Assembly (NCBI GenBank): GCA_028284545.1 | Contig: JANQRN010000248.1 | Coordinates: 1 to 60,624, forward strand | Length of the DNA: 60,624 bases | Direction: 5' to 3' | Source of the DNA: Rhodothermales bacterium | GTDB taxonomy: Bacteria; Bacteroidota; Rhodothermia; Rhodothermales; JABDKH01 | Shown: positions 1 through 8,511 of the stretch, one piece after another | Layout of the letters: each line of letters begins with the position of its first letter | Position numbering within the stretch: position 1 is the first letter of the stretch | Program-made: the position numbers and the translations under genes | The notes under the pieces: model-generated | The model's input: the letters and a program-made list of their open reading frames with translations, nothing else | Database searches by the model: none | What the model was told of the DNA's origin: nothing

Positions 1-79
1 GGCGGGAAGGCCCGAGCAGCCCAACCAGTAGTAGTCCGGCAGCCGCCACAAAATGAGTAGCCTTCGTGATTGTTCGCAT
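1..79 (-). CDS. 5' fragment of an exported protein (signal peptide only), next gene of the TonB-receptor operon; truncated by the window edge
   Basis: ATG at 79 lies 12 nt after the stop of 92..3568. The frame is open to the edge and reads MRTITKATHFVAAAGLLLVGLLGPSR (basic N-terminus plus hydrophobic core). Confidence 0.6.
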   Translation of the reverse strand, partial: MRTITKATHFVAAAGLLLVGLLGPSR

Positions 80-91
80 CGTTTTCCGCCG

Positions 92-3000
92 CTACTTGAT
101 GATGGCAAACTTGCCAGTTGAGGTGCCGTACGGCGAGTCAACATGAAACAGGTACAGTCCGTACGCAATGTTCATGTTGTCTTTGGTACGCAAGTCCCAG
201 TATGCCCTACCCGTTCCGGTTGGATCGCTGTGTTCGATGGTATCGACCAACTCGCCGGCCAGGGTGTAAATCCTGATCGTGCACTGATCCGGTACATTGG
301 CGAAGTACAGTCGTCGTTCACCGCGCTCTGTCCGCGCAATCGGATTCCGAGGTTCCAGTTCGTTGACGACGACATAGGGATTGGGTACTACGTATATCTC
401 GTCGAGCTCGGCAGCTGCCAATTCAGCGTCGGTGGCGCCGGCCACAGTTCGAATCTGGAAGCTGTCCTCTCCATTGAACGGCTTTCTGGTACTGAGGAGG
501 AAGACGTCGCCCGCACCCGGCGTGGAACCGTTGTTTGTCAACGCCACTTGCCAGGTCGCCGTGATAGCGCCGTTTATCGTTTCAATGAACACGATCGCCT
601 CGCTCGTGTCCCACGAACCGTTTCCGTTGATATCGGCTGCAAACGCCTGGATCGGTTCGTTTCCAAGCGAGAGGTTGACGATAGTAAACGGAAGTGGTAG
701 TCCAGAGCTGACCGCATCCATCTGAGGTGAATCGGCGAATCTGATCTCGTAATCGTACGGCTGCGGGATTTTTCCGGGCCCAGCCTTCGCAACGGTGACC
801 TCGTACGGTATATCCCGGCCGCCCTGCGCCCAGCCCGTATCGACGTTGTCGATTGTAAGCGGTTCGTCATCTACGAACACGTGCAGGCCGTCAAAGACCA
901 GGTTGCTTTCTTCGTTCGCTACGTACGGGCTGCCCGCGAGGGGCTGGTAGTTGAAGGTTGCTGTCAACGTCTCGCCCTCTGCAACTGAACCTCCACCAAG
1001 TACCTGAACCGAACCCTGCTCGGCGTTGAGGACGTAGTCGGTACCCTCGGTCAGCGTTGCGCCACCGGCATTCGTTAGCACGAACGACGACGGTACGATG
1101 TTGTCCCGACGCAGCGAGCTCGTCTTGCCCAGGACAGCGGTCACGGTCGCTGAGACGGGGAGGTCGTTTGTGACCGAGTACGTGAGTTGGTCACCGGCAC
1201 CGGCAAACTGCAGGGTATACTGACCGCCAGCCGGAACGGCCGTCGGGTCCTTGATGAGAACCGATACATCTCCAGTTCCCCGGCCGGTCAGACGTAACGG
1301 ACCATCCTCCACAAGTGTCGCCGGCACAAAACCGGCTGCGCGCGGCCCTGGGATTGCACTAGTAGTATTCGTGTCAAAGATGTACTTGTCCGTCGTTGGA
1401 TCGTATGTAATCGTCGACGAGTTCTCCGTTGGTGCAATGCCGCCGGAGAAGCCCGTGCCGTCGGATCCGGCGAAGCCACGATCATAAGCGGCTACCGAGT
1501 AGAAGTAGCGCTGCCCATTGATGACCTGATTGGAGTCAACGAATGTGTGGAACAGTCCTGTATCGTTCCCGAGGTCGTAGGCGACGCCACGTCGCGGATA
1601 GGGAATGGCGGAGGGACCCGTGATTCCGTTCCGGAGGTCGAACTTGGCCGGCACGCCCTGCTGGGTCTCATGCGGTCTGAACAGAAACTTCGAGCCGTTT
1701 ATGTCAGTGATGGATCGCTGGTCGCTGAACTCGTGGTCGGTTGAGCGATAGATGACGTAGCCCTCGAAGTCGGCCTCATTCGAAAGTGGATCAATCGAGT
1801 CCTCGGCGCGCGCGTCCCAGTAGAGCGTGACCTTTCGGTCGCCGGGGACGGCGGTCACCATTGGCTTTTCGGGTGGCTTGGCGAAGCGGTATCCGACATC
1901 GTATATCTGCTGCGCGGTCTCAGCATTGAGGTCCAGGTCGCTTCTGTTCTCACCAACAATCAGCGCAATTGAGAATCGCTTCGTTTCGCCCGCTCTCAGC
2001 GCAAATGAGCCTGACCCGTAGATGAATACGTAATCTCCGGGCTCTTCCGGCACCTGCTCGAAGCTACCAGGTTGCACAAGAGACCACACGCGATCGTCAT
2101 TCGAGATGTTGTTGCCTGCAAACGCTGGTGAGGCGAACGACGTTAATCCGATCTGGTCACTTTCATCGATATCTGTGAACTCGAAGTTCGGCTCCCCGGG
2201 TTTGGTGATGTCAAACTGGTCACCCGCGGTCGGTACGCCGTCGCCTTCGCCGACGTCTCCCGTACCCGGTACGCCATCTATTCCGACGTCGTCAGTGTCT
2301 GGGTTCCAATCTCCGTCGTTGTCGATACCATCAGTCCAGGACTCGTCCAGAAGTCCATCGTTGTCGTTGTCGATGCCGTCACCCGGCAGCGAGACTCCGT
2401 TGATGATTTCGTTACCCACCCCCGGGCTCTCGAGGAACTTGTAGCCGAAGTAGCCGGGTACGCGCCCGGCGATATCGGAGCGGCCGTCGGCATCCCACGC
2501 GAAGACCATATTCTTCTCGCGGTCAAACTCCGCAAGATCGTCCGGCCAGTCACCCGGGCCGCCGATGTGGGGGTCGCCCCACATCCCGAAGATGACCTTG
2601 TCGAGGTCTTTATCGGACTTGTTTGTGATCTTGTAGATCAGGAAGATCACGTCCTCGGCCAGCGGATTCGCCCACTGGTACAGGCGCGTCTCCACCTCAA
2701 GACCCAGTCCCCGCAGCGTCGAGTCCTGTTCAAACGGCCAGTACTGAAATTCGCGGTTGCCGTAGTCGTTCATGAAATAGAGACCTTCCTTATCGGCGTT
2801 TGATGCACCCTGCCGGAGTGCACCGGGCCAGACATATTCTCGGATGTCTTCGTTGAACCATGCAAATGGCCAGGAGTCCGGCTTGCCGTCCAGATCGTCG
2901 TCAGGAGCGTCAGAAGTCGGGATCTTGTCTGACTCGGGGTTGACGACCTCGAGGCCTTCGAAGTTGCCTACTGCGTTTGCGCATGGCGTCGGCTGCCAAC

Positions 3001-3568
3001 CCCAAAACTCACTCCCGTCAGGCGAGACTTCACCGCCGTTCGAGACGAGTCCGTCCGAAACAATTCGCATGACCCAGATCGGGTTGCCCTGATCGTCGAG
3101 GATTGGGTTGCCAAGTGTGTCCGTGAGCTGAACGCTCTTTGGATCGCGATGACCTTCGTCAACAATTTCTGCGGCCACAAACGGACCAAACTCGTAGCCG
3201 TAGCCCAGCCCGTTCCAGACGATGTCTGTGATCGTGTTGCCGGGAGAAGAAATTGACCCAAAGTTTGTGATCTGCGACGTGATACGATTTCCGTTGAGGA
3301 TTACGTCGCGTCGGTTTGTCTGGTCAGTGCACTCAACCTGAACGGCATTGTGCAATCCGCCACGTAAGGCCTGATGGTCCAGCCACTGGGCAGTTGTTTG
3401 CCGGTCCCAGCCGCGCTCGCGGCCTCGGTCAAAACTTGCGTCCTGTGCCGCAGCGGGAGCTGCAAACGAGAAGGCGGATACTGCCACGACGAGGCTCGCC
3501 ATCGCGACACGGCTCTCAATGGATTCGTTCAAGGGTCCTGTCGTAAGGGTTTTGTAGTACGATTTCAT
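92..3568 (-). CDS. Large secreted/surface protein with Dx[DN]xDG Ca-binding motifs, an Fn3-like segment and a T9SS-type C-terminal sorting domain
   Basis: Signal peptide (...FAAPAAAQ); DGIDNDNDG/DGIDNDGD motifs; Fn3-like AVPGDRKVTLYWD...YFYSVAAYD; C-terminus IYVVPNPY...IRIYTLAGELV...WDL...GLYLF...KFAIIK. Confidence 0.8.
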   Translation of the reverse strand: MKSYYKTLTTGPLNESIESRVAMASLVVAVSAFSFAAPAAAQDASFDRGRERGWDRQTTAQWLDHQALRGGLHNAVQVECTDQTNRRDVILNGNRITSQITNFGSISSPGNTITDIVWNGLGYGYEFGPFVAAEIVDEGHRDPKSVQLTDTLGNPILDDQGNPIWVMRIVSDGLVSNGGEVSPDGSEFWGWQPTPCANAVGNFEGLEVVNPESDKIPTSDAPDDDLDGKPDSWPFAWFNEDIREYVWPGALRQGASNADKEGLYFMNDYGNREFQYWPFEQDSTLRGLGLEVETRLYQWANPLAEDVIFLIYKITNKSDKDLDKVIFGMWGDPHIGGPGDWPDDLAEFDREKNMVFAWDADGRSDIAGRVPGYFGYKFLESPGVGNEIINGVSLPGDGIDNDNDGLLDESWTDGIDNDGDWNPDTDDVGIDGVPGTGDVGEGDGVPTAGDQFDITKPGEPNFEFTDIDESDQIGLTSFASPAFAGNNISNDDRVWSLVQPGSFEQVPEEPGDYVFIYGSGSFALRAGETKRFSIALIVGENRSDLDLNAETAQQIYDVGYRFAKPPEKPMVTAVPGDRKVTLYWDARAEDSIDPLSNEADFEGYVIYRSTDHEFSDQRSITDINGSKFLFRPHETQQGVPAKFDLRNGITGPSAIPYPRRGVAYDLGNDTGLFHTFVDSNQVINGQRYFYSVAAYDRGFAGSDGTGFSGGIAPTENSSTITYDPTTDKYIFDTNTTSAIPGPRAAGFVPATLVEDGPLRLTGRGTGDVSVLIKDPTAVPAGGQYTLQFAGAGDQLTYSVTNDLPVSATVTAVLGKTSSLRRDNIVPSSFVLTNAGGATLTEGTDYVLNAEQGSVQVLGGGSVAEGETLTATFNYQPLAGSPYVANEESNLVFDGLHVFVDDEPLTIDNVDTGWAQGGRDIPYEVTVAKAGPGKIPQPYDYEIRFADSPQMDAVSSGLPLPFTIVNLSLGNEPIQAFAADINGNGSWDTSEAIVFIETINGAITATWQVALTNNGSTPGAGDVFLLSTRKPFNGEDSFQIRTVAGATDAELAAAELDEIYVVPNPYVVVNELEPRNPIARTERGERRLYFANVPDQCTIRIYTLAGELVDTIEHSDPTGTGRAYWDLRTKDNMNIAYGLYLFHVDSPYGTSTGKFAIIK

Positions 3569-3585
3569 CTGGAGGCATCCGCGCG

Positions 3586-6357
3586 CTAGAAACTGAACGT
3601 TGCACCCACGCTGATCTCTCGCGGCGGCGAGTACCAGTGCGGTCGAACGGTGTACTCGTCGAAGTCGTGGATTCCGGTCTGTCCATAGAACGGTGCCCAG
3701 GCGGCGTGCTGGCCCCGTTGCTCGCCCAGCGAGTAAGTCGCGCGGCCAGTGTCATCAAACACGAATCGCTCGTTCAGTCTGTCCAGGACATTAAAAACCT
3801 TCGCGAACGCGCGCACGTTGACACCCTGAAGCTTGAACTCCTTGTACAGATGCGCGTCCAGCTTGATCTGGCTCGGTTTGCGACCCGAGTTCGGCAAGTC
3901 GTCAATGTTTTCGTTGATGATCAACGGTGAGTACGGGTAGCCGGTCGCGAACTGGCCAACAAACGACGCACTCCAATTGCCCGGCCTCGTAAGCGTCACC
4001 GTGGATCCGATGACATGCCGCTGGTCAAACGAGAGCGGCACGAGCTCAAACTCGTTCTCGCGACCAGAGAGGAAATTGAAGAAGAAGGCGTCACCGTCGG
4101 TTCGGTTGCCCTCTGCCAGCTGGAACGTGTAGTCGATGGATGCAGAGAGTAATCCGTTCCGCTCCCTGCGTTTCGTCAGCGCAAACGTCATCCCTTTCAC
4201 ATTTGCGTAGTCGCGGTTGAGGTAGATGTTGTATCGATCCTCGCCGGCGATCGTCGAAAAGCGAACCTGCTGAAGTGCGAGGTAGTCACGGATGTCCTTG
4301 AAGAACCCGGTGATGTCGAAGGCCATCGACTCGCCGATCTGCTGCTGCAGACCCATCTCGTATTGGACAGAGCGCTCGGGTTTGAGATTCGGGTTTCCAA
4401 ACGTGGGCGCGCTACCGGCAGGGAATTCGAATTCCGGGTTGATGTACAGTTGGCGTAACGCCGGCATCTGGGCGAAGTGACCGTACGAGAAGTGAATGAT
4501 GCCCTCGTCGGTAATGGGGAAGGACACACCAACCCGCGGAAGCAGGAACTGCTTGTTCGAAGCTTCGACGAGTTCTCCTTTCGGATCAAGGAGCGAGCCG
4601 ATGAAGTTGCCGTTCGGGCGGAACTGCTCGTACCGGAGCCCGACATTGATGATGAAGTTGTCAAATTCCAGTTTGTCCTGGGCGTAGGCGGATATCTCAA
4701 CCGCGTTCTGCTGTTTGCAATCGTTGGGGTCCTGGCCCGGCAGTTCAACAAAGACCTTGCACCCATAGCGGTCGTGAGAGGGACTTTCGCCAGGTGCTAG
4801 AACTGTTGGCTCTCTAAAAGTGTCGCCATCAAAGAGTATTACAAAGTTCTGCCGGCTCAGCGTGTGACGCTGGAGCTCAAGGCCAAACTTCGTCTCGTGC
4901 GTCACGCCAAACTGCTTTGTCAGGTCGAACTTGACGCGGCCGGAGGCGGAGTGTTCGTACACGTGGCCTTTCTGATTGCCACCAAAAAGGAAGTTACTCC
5001 CTGGATACCCGAGGATTCGCCCGGTGGAAACGTAGCGGGCGTCAAACGGGTCTTCGTACAGGTAGCTCGAGAAGTTATTCTCCGCGTAAGACAGCTTCAC
5101 GGTGTAGAACGCTTTGTCGCTCAGTGTATGCGTGACATGGAAACTGTGGTTTTGGCTGTTGTCCCGACTACGCGCAACGCCGTCCGGATTGTATCGGTAG
5201 GCGAAGTTGAACGGGGTGCGCTCACCGCCGTCGAGGATGACCGAATACTCGGTCTTGATGCTCTTGAACGGTCGTGTCGTGAGCTTACCGATGAAGTTGT
5301 AGCTCGAACGATCATTCATCGGCACGGGGGTAGTGTCGACGGGCGGCGCGTCCTGCCACTGTGTTCCGTTCAACTCGTAGTACCAGGGGTCCAGGTTGAA
5401 ATTGGCGGAGTCTGACGGACTGTGTTCGCGGATGCCGTAGATGTATCCGTCATCAACGTCGCGACGACCGGAGACGAAGAAGTTGACTTTCTTCAGGAAA
5501 GGCAGCGGCCCTCCCAGACTGGCGATTGCGGTGTAGTCGTTGAGCTTGAGGCCCGACGGGGTGAAGAAGATGTCGTCGTTGCCGGTAATCGTGTCGCCGC
5601 CATAGAGCGAGAAGGAGCCGCTGATTCGATCGCCACCTTCCTTGGTTACCAGGTTGACGATACCCGACATGGCACGTCCATACTCGGCGTTAAAAGCTCC
5701 GGATATGACGGTCATCTCCTGGATCGCGTCTGCCGCGACGCTGGTCGCGAGGCCGTTTGTATTAAAGGGGTTGGCGACAGAAAGGCCGTCGACCAGGTAC
5801 GAGACTTCGTTGCTCCGGCCACCGCGTACGTGAATCGCGCCGCCTGGTCCCTGGGTGACACCCGCCTGTGTCACGAGCACGCCCAGGAAGGATTCCACCG
5901 GCAGCGCGTCTATTTGCGCTGCGCTTGTTGTTTTCGAGGAGGCGGTCAGGTCCTTTCGCACCAACGGTTGCTCGGCCTCTACGACGACCTCCTGGCCCTC
6001 GATGACTTGCTCTCTCAGCTCGATATCGTAGCGTGTTGTTCGACCCGTCGCGACGTTGATATTGGATACGGTCTGGGTCTGGAAGCCGATGTAGGAAAAG
6101 CGCAATGCGTAGGTACCGGGGCGTACGTTCAGGATGACGTAGTTCCCGTCGGAGTCGGTGACCGTACCCTGCTGCGTACCGTCGATTACGACGTTGACGC
6201 CGATAAGCGGCTCGCCGTTGATGTCGTCTGTTACGCGCCCCGCAATTTTGCCCTGGGCCATTGCGGCGTTCGAGGCTCCGAATCCGAGCAAGAGCAGTGC
6301 AATCAGGGCGACTACGCGACTGGCAAGGTGGCCGTGGAAGCGCTTCGGCAGGGACAT
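3586..6357 (-). CDS. TonB-dependent outer-membrane receptor with N-terminal carboxypeptidase-regulatory-like domain
   Basis: GKIAGRVTD...PLIGVNV N-terminal domain; plug motifs HVRGGRSNEV.Y.VDG and SGAFNAEYGRAMSGIVN; C-terminal Phe (GATFSF). Start moved to the ATG at 6357 (MSLPKRF...), which gives a signal peptide. Confidence 0.92.
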   Translation of the reverse strand: MSLPKRFHGHLASRVVALIALLLLGFGASNAAMAQGKIAGRVTDDINGEPLIGVNVVIDGTQQGTVTDSDGNYVILNVRPGTYALRFSYIGFQTQTVSNINVATGRTTRYDIELREQVIEGQEVVVEAEQPLVRKDLTASSKTTSAAQIDALPVESFLGVLVTQAGVTQGPGGAIHVRGGRSNEVSYLVDGLSVANPFNTNGLATSVAADAIQEMTVISGAFNAEYGRAMSGIVNLVTKEGGDRISGSFSLYGGDTITGNDDIFFTPSGLKLNDYTAIASLGGPLPFLKKVNFFVSGRRDVDDGYIYGIREHSPSDSANFNLDPWYYELNGTQWQDAPPVDTTPVPMNDRSSYNFIGKLTTRPFKSIKTEYSVILDGGERTPFNFAYRYNPDGVARSRDNSQNHSFHVTHTLSDKAFYTVKLSYAENNFSSYLYEDPFDARYVSTGRILGYPGSNFLFGGNQKGHVYEHSASGRVKFDLTKQFGVTHETKFGLELQRHTLSRQNFVILFDGDTFREPTVLAPGESPSHDRYGCKVFVELPGQDPNDCKQQNAVEISAYAQDKLEFDNFIINVGLRYEQFRPNGNFIGSLLDPKGELVEASNKQFLLPRVGVSFPITDEGIIHFSYGHFAQMPALRQLYINPEFEFPAGSAPTFGNPNLKPERSVQYEMGLQQQIGESMAFDITGFFKDIRDYLALQQVRFSTIAGEDRYNIYLNRDYANVKGMTFALTKRRERNGLLSASIDYTFQLAEGNRTDGDAFFFNFLSGRENEFELVPLSFDQRHVIGSTVTLTRPGNWSASFVGQFATGYPYSPLIINENIDDLPNSGRKPSQIKLDAHLYKEFKLQGVNVRAFAKVFNVLDRLNERFVFDDTGRATYSLGEQRGQHAAWAPFYGQTGIHDFDEYTVRPHWYSPPREISVGATFSF

Positions 6358-6463
6358 AGGAACAGGGTGTTTCAGTGCTGGATTCGCTGGCTGCAAAGAA
6401 GAGGGCGAGCAGCGGGGTTGTGCGGTCAAAAGATAAGGCAGGAGGGCCATACTGACAGGTACG

Positions 6464-6496
6464 AGAAAGGCCGCCCCTTTTGGGAGCGGCCTTTCT
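6464..6496 (-). terminator. GC-rich hairpin, likely terminator or processing stem between the FG-GAP gene and the TonB receptor
   Basis: AGAAAGGCCGC...GCGGCCTTTCT 11-bp perfect inverted repeat 25 nt after the stop at 6521; only a short U-run. Confidence 0.65.
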
Positions 6497-6520
6497 GATC
6501 AACATCGAAGAATTCGGGAG

Positions 6521-8404
6521 CTACTTCACGAGCACCATCTGACGGCTCTTGCGGAAGTTGCCGTATTCGAGGGTGTAGAAATAAGTGCCCGACGCAGCTG
6601 CAGCGCCGCCAGCGGTTTTCCCATCCCACGTCACGCGATGCAGACCCTTCGGATAACGCTCGTCGTTAATCAGGGTATTGACGAGTCGTCCAGTCACGTC
6701 GTAGACCTTGAGTGAGATCTCCTTGTCGAGCGGCAGCTCGAATCCGATGGTCGTTTCGCCGTTGAACGGGTTCGGATAGTTCGCCTCGAGCTTGTAGTCG
6801 TCGGGCGTGATGATTCGCGTGTCTTCAACCGAAACGTTGAAGTTACCGGCCGACAGAATGCGAACGAACTCCCTCGCAGGTGCCGCAGACGTCTCACGCA
6901 CCGTTCGGTCGTATCGCGTCGAATCAGCGTTCCAGACCTCGTCGATGATCTGAATGCTATCGGGTACGCTCTGGAATCCGACTGCGACTTCAGCAACACC
7001 GTCCATGTCAGCATCTCCGAGGTACGCAAGCTTCGTTGCGAACTTGCCGTCAGCAGTCTCGCGATACTGCGTCATTACGCCGGCAGAGTCACGGAAGACC
7101 GTACTCAGGTGGGTAGTGTCAACTGGGGCGCTCGTATCGAAAGTCCGCAGGCTATAGTTGTTGATGTCCTCGGGATCTCCACCAATCGGACCCACCCAGG
7201 CGGCAACTCGGACCCACGAAGACGGCGCTGCGGCATCCGCGTCGGCACCAGTGTAGCTCGCTCCAGCTCCGATCAGATCCGGATTTCCGTCACCTGTTAC
7301 GTCGCCCGCGACGATCCCAAAGTTCGTGAGGGGCGAAAGGAAGTCCAGAAGCAGGTTGTCCGGCGTTACTTGTAGCACATTCTCGCCGGATTCGTAGTTC
7401 AGAAGGGAGACAGCGCCGTCCCCAAAGCTTTGGAAACGTGGCCAGAAAACCTCGTCGTCGCCATCGCCATTGATGTCGACCGCGGTACCACTAAATAGCG
7501 AAACATGGTCGCCAGGTCCAGCCTGGTACCAACCAAGAGTATCGCCAAACGCGGCCGCCTCATACGTGTTGGCACCGGTGGCGGCGGCGTTGGTGAAATT
7601 GAAGCTGTTCCAGCTCTGCATCGATAGCTCCATAAGGCCGTCGCCGCTCCCATCGAGGTCCGCGGGGACGATCCCATACGCACTGCCACCTCCGCGAGCT
7701 ACGGTGTCCGGATCGAGTGCTCGACTTGTCCAGCGCGCCTCCTCTACAAACGTTTCAAAGCTGGAGCCGATGTCGCCGGTCACCGAAACGACGTACCAAC
7801 TATCATAGTTGTTGGCCGATCCGTTGTTACCGAACATTATTTCATCTGCGCCATCACCATCAACATCTGCGACCTGGAACTGTTCAGTTCTCCAGCGATC
7901 CGGAAGATCTCCAGGGAACTCGTAAATGGCGGCGGCGGCCATGCCGTAGTCATCATCGGAGCCCGTATGCTCGAAGAAGTACAGGCCGGGGGGGAGATCA
8001 CCTATATTCGGGTTGGTGGCTGAGTAGTCGCGACCCGCAAAGAAGATGATCTCGCCGGCCCCGTCGCCGTCGAGGTCGCCACCGGTGATCGCCCTGATGT
8101 TGTTCGTCGAACCGGTCGAGTCGAGCACCGGAGTTGAGTACACGTGTTCCCATGTATCAATTCCGGCGTTCTCAAGAACGTGAACGCGTCCGCCACCTGT
8201 GTAGTCAGATACAAGGAGCTCGTACAGGCCGTCATTGTCGAGGTCGTACGGTCCGGCGATCGTTCGCACTCCGCTTTGCGGAATGGGGAACGCCATGTCG
8301 AGGTCGACAGTAGTTGCGACGTCAAATGAGTACTCAGTCTGGGCGTACAACGACCCCACTGAAAGACCGAATACAAGTAAGAGTGCTACCGTAACTTTTT
8401 GCAT
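6521..8404 (-). CDS. Secreted FG-GAP/VCBS-repeat beta-propeller protein with T9SS C-terminal domain
   Basis: Signal peptide; repeated D[LVI]DGDG/DVTGDG motifs; LEANYPNPFN...LKVYDVTGRLV...WDG...SGTYFY...MVLVK C-terminal domain. Confidence 0.85.
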   Translation of the reverse strand: MQKVTVALLLVFGLSVGSLYAQTEYSFDVATTVDLDMAFPIPQSGVRTIAGPYDLDNDGLYELLVSDYTGGGRVHVLENAGIDTWEHVYSTPVLDSTGSTNNIRAITGGDLDGDGAGEIIFFAGRDYSATNPNIGDLPPGLYFFEHTGSDDDYGMAAAAIYEFPGDLPDRWRTEQFQVADVDGDGADEIMFGNNGSANNYDSWYVVSVTGDIGSSFETFVEEARWTSRALDPDTVARGGGSAYGIVPADLDGSGDGLMELSMQSWNSFNFTNAAATGANTYEAAAFGDTLGWYQAGPGDHVSLFSGTAVDINGDGDDEVFWPRFQSFGDGAVSLLNYESGENVLQVTPDNLLLDFLSPLTNFGIVAGDVTGDGNPDLIGAGASYTGADADAAAPSSWVRVAAWVGPIGGDPEDINNYSLRTFDTSAPVDTTHLSTVFRDSAGVMTQYRETADGKFATKLAYLGDADMDGVAEVAVGFQSVPDSIQIIDEVWNADSTRYDRTVRETSAAPAREFVRILSAGNFNVSVEDTRIITPDDYKLEANYPNPFNGETTIGFELPLDKEISLKVYDVTGRLVNTLINDERYPKGLHRVTWDGKTAGGAAAASGTYFYTLEYGNFRKSRQMVLVK

Positions 8405-8511
8405 GTGAAAAACAGGGTTAAATTTGGTGCTCTACCTTGGCCGAATCGGCGTTGGCGCTCCACATTCGACGAAATCCAGTATAGTCTCATCGGCGAGGGA
8501 ATGTCAACTCA

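Noticed and set aside
5422-6498. 358-aa + strand ORF, and similar long antisense ORFs such as 16274..17122 and 30262..31095
   Set aside because: Shadow frames of well-supported genes in high-GC DNA, with no recognisable motifs.
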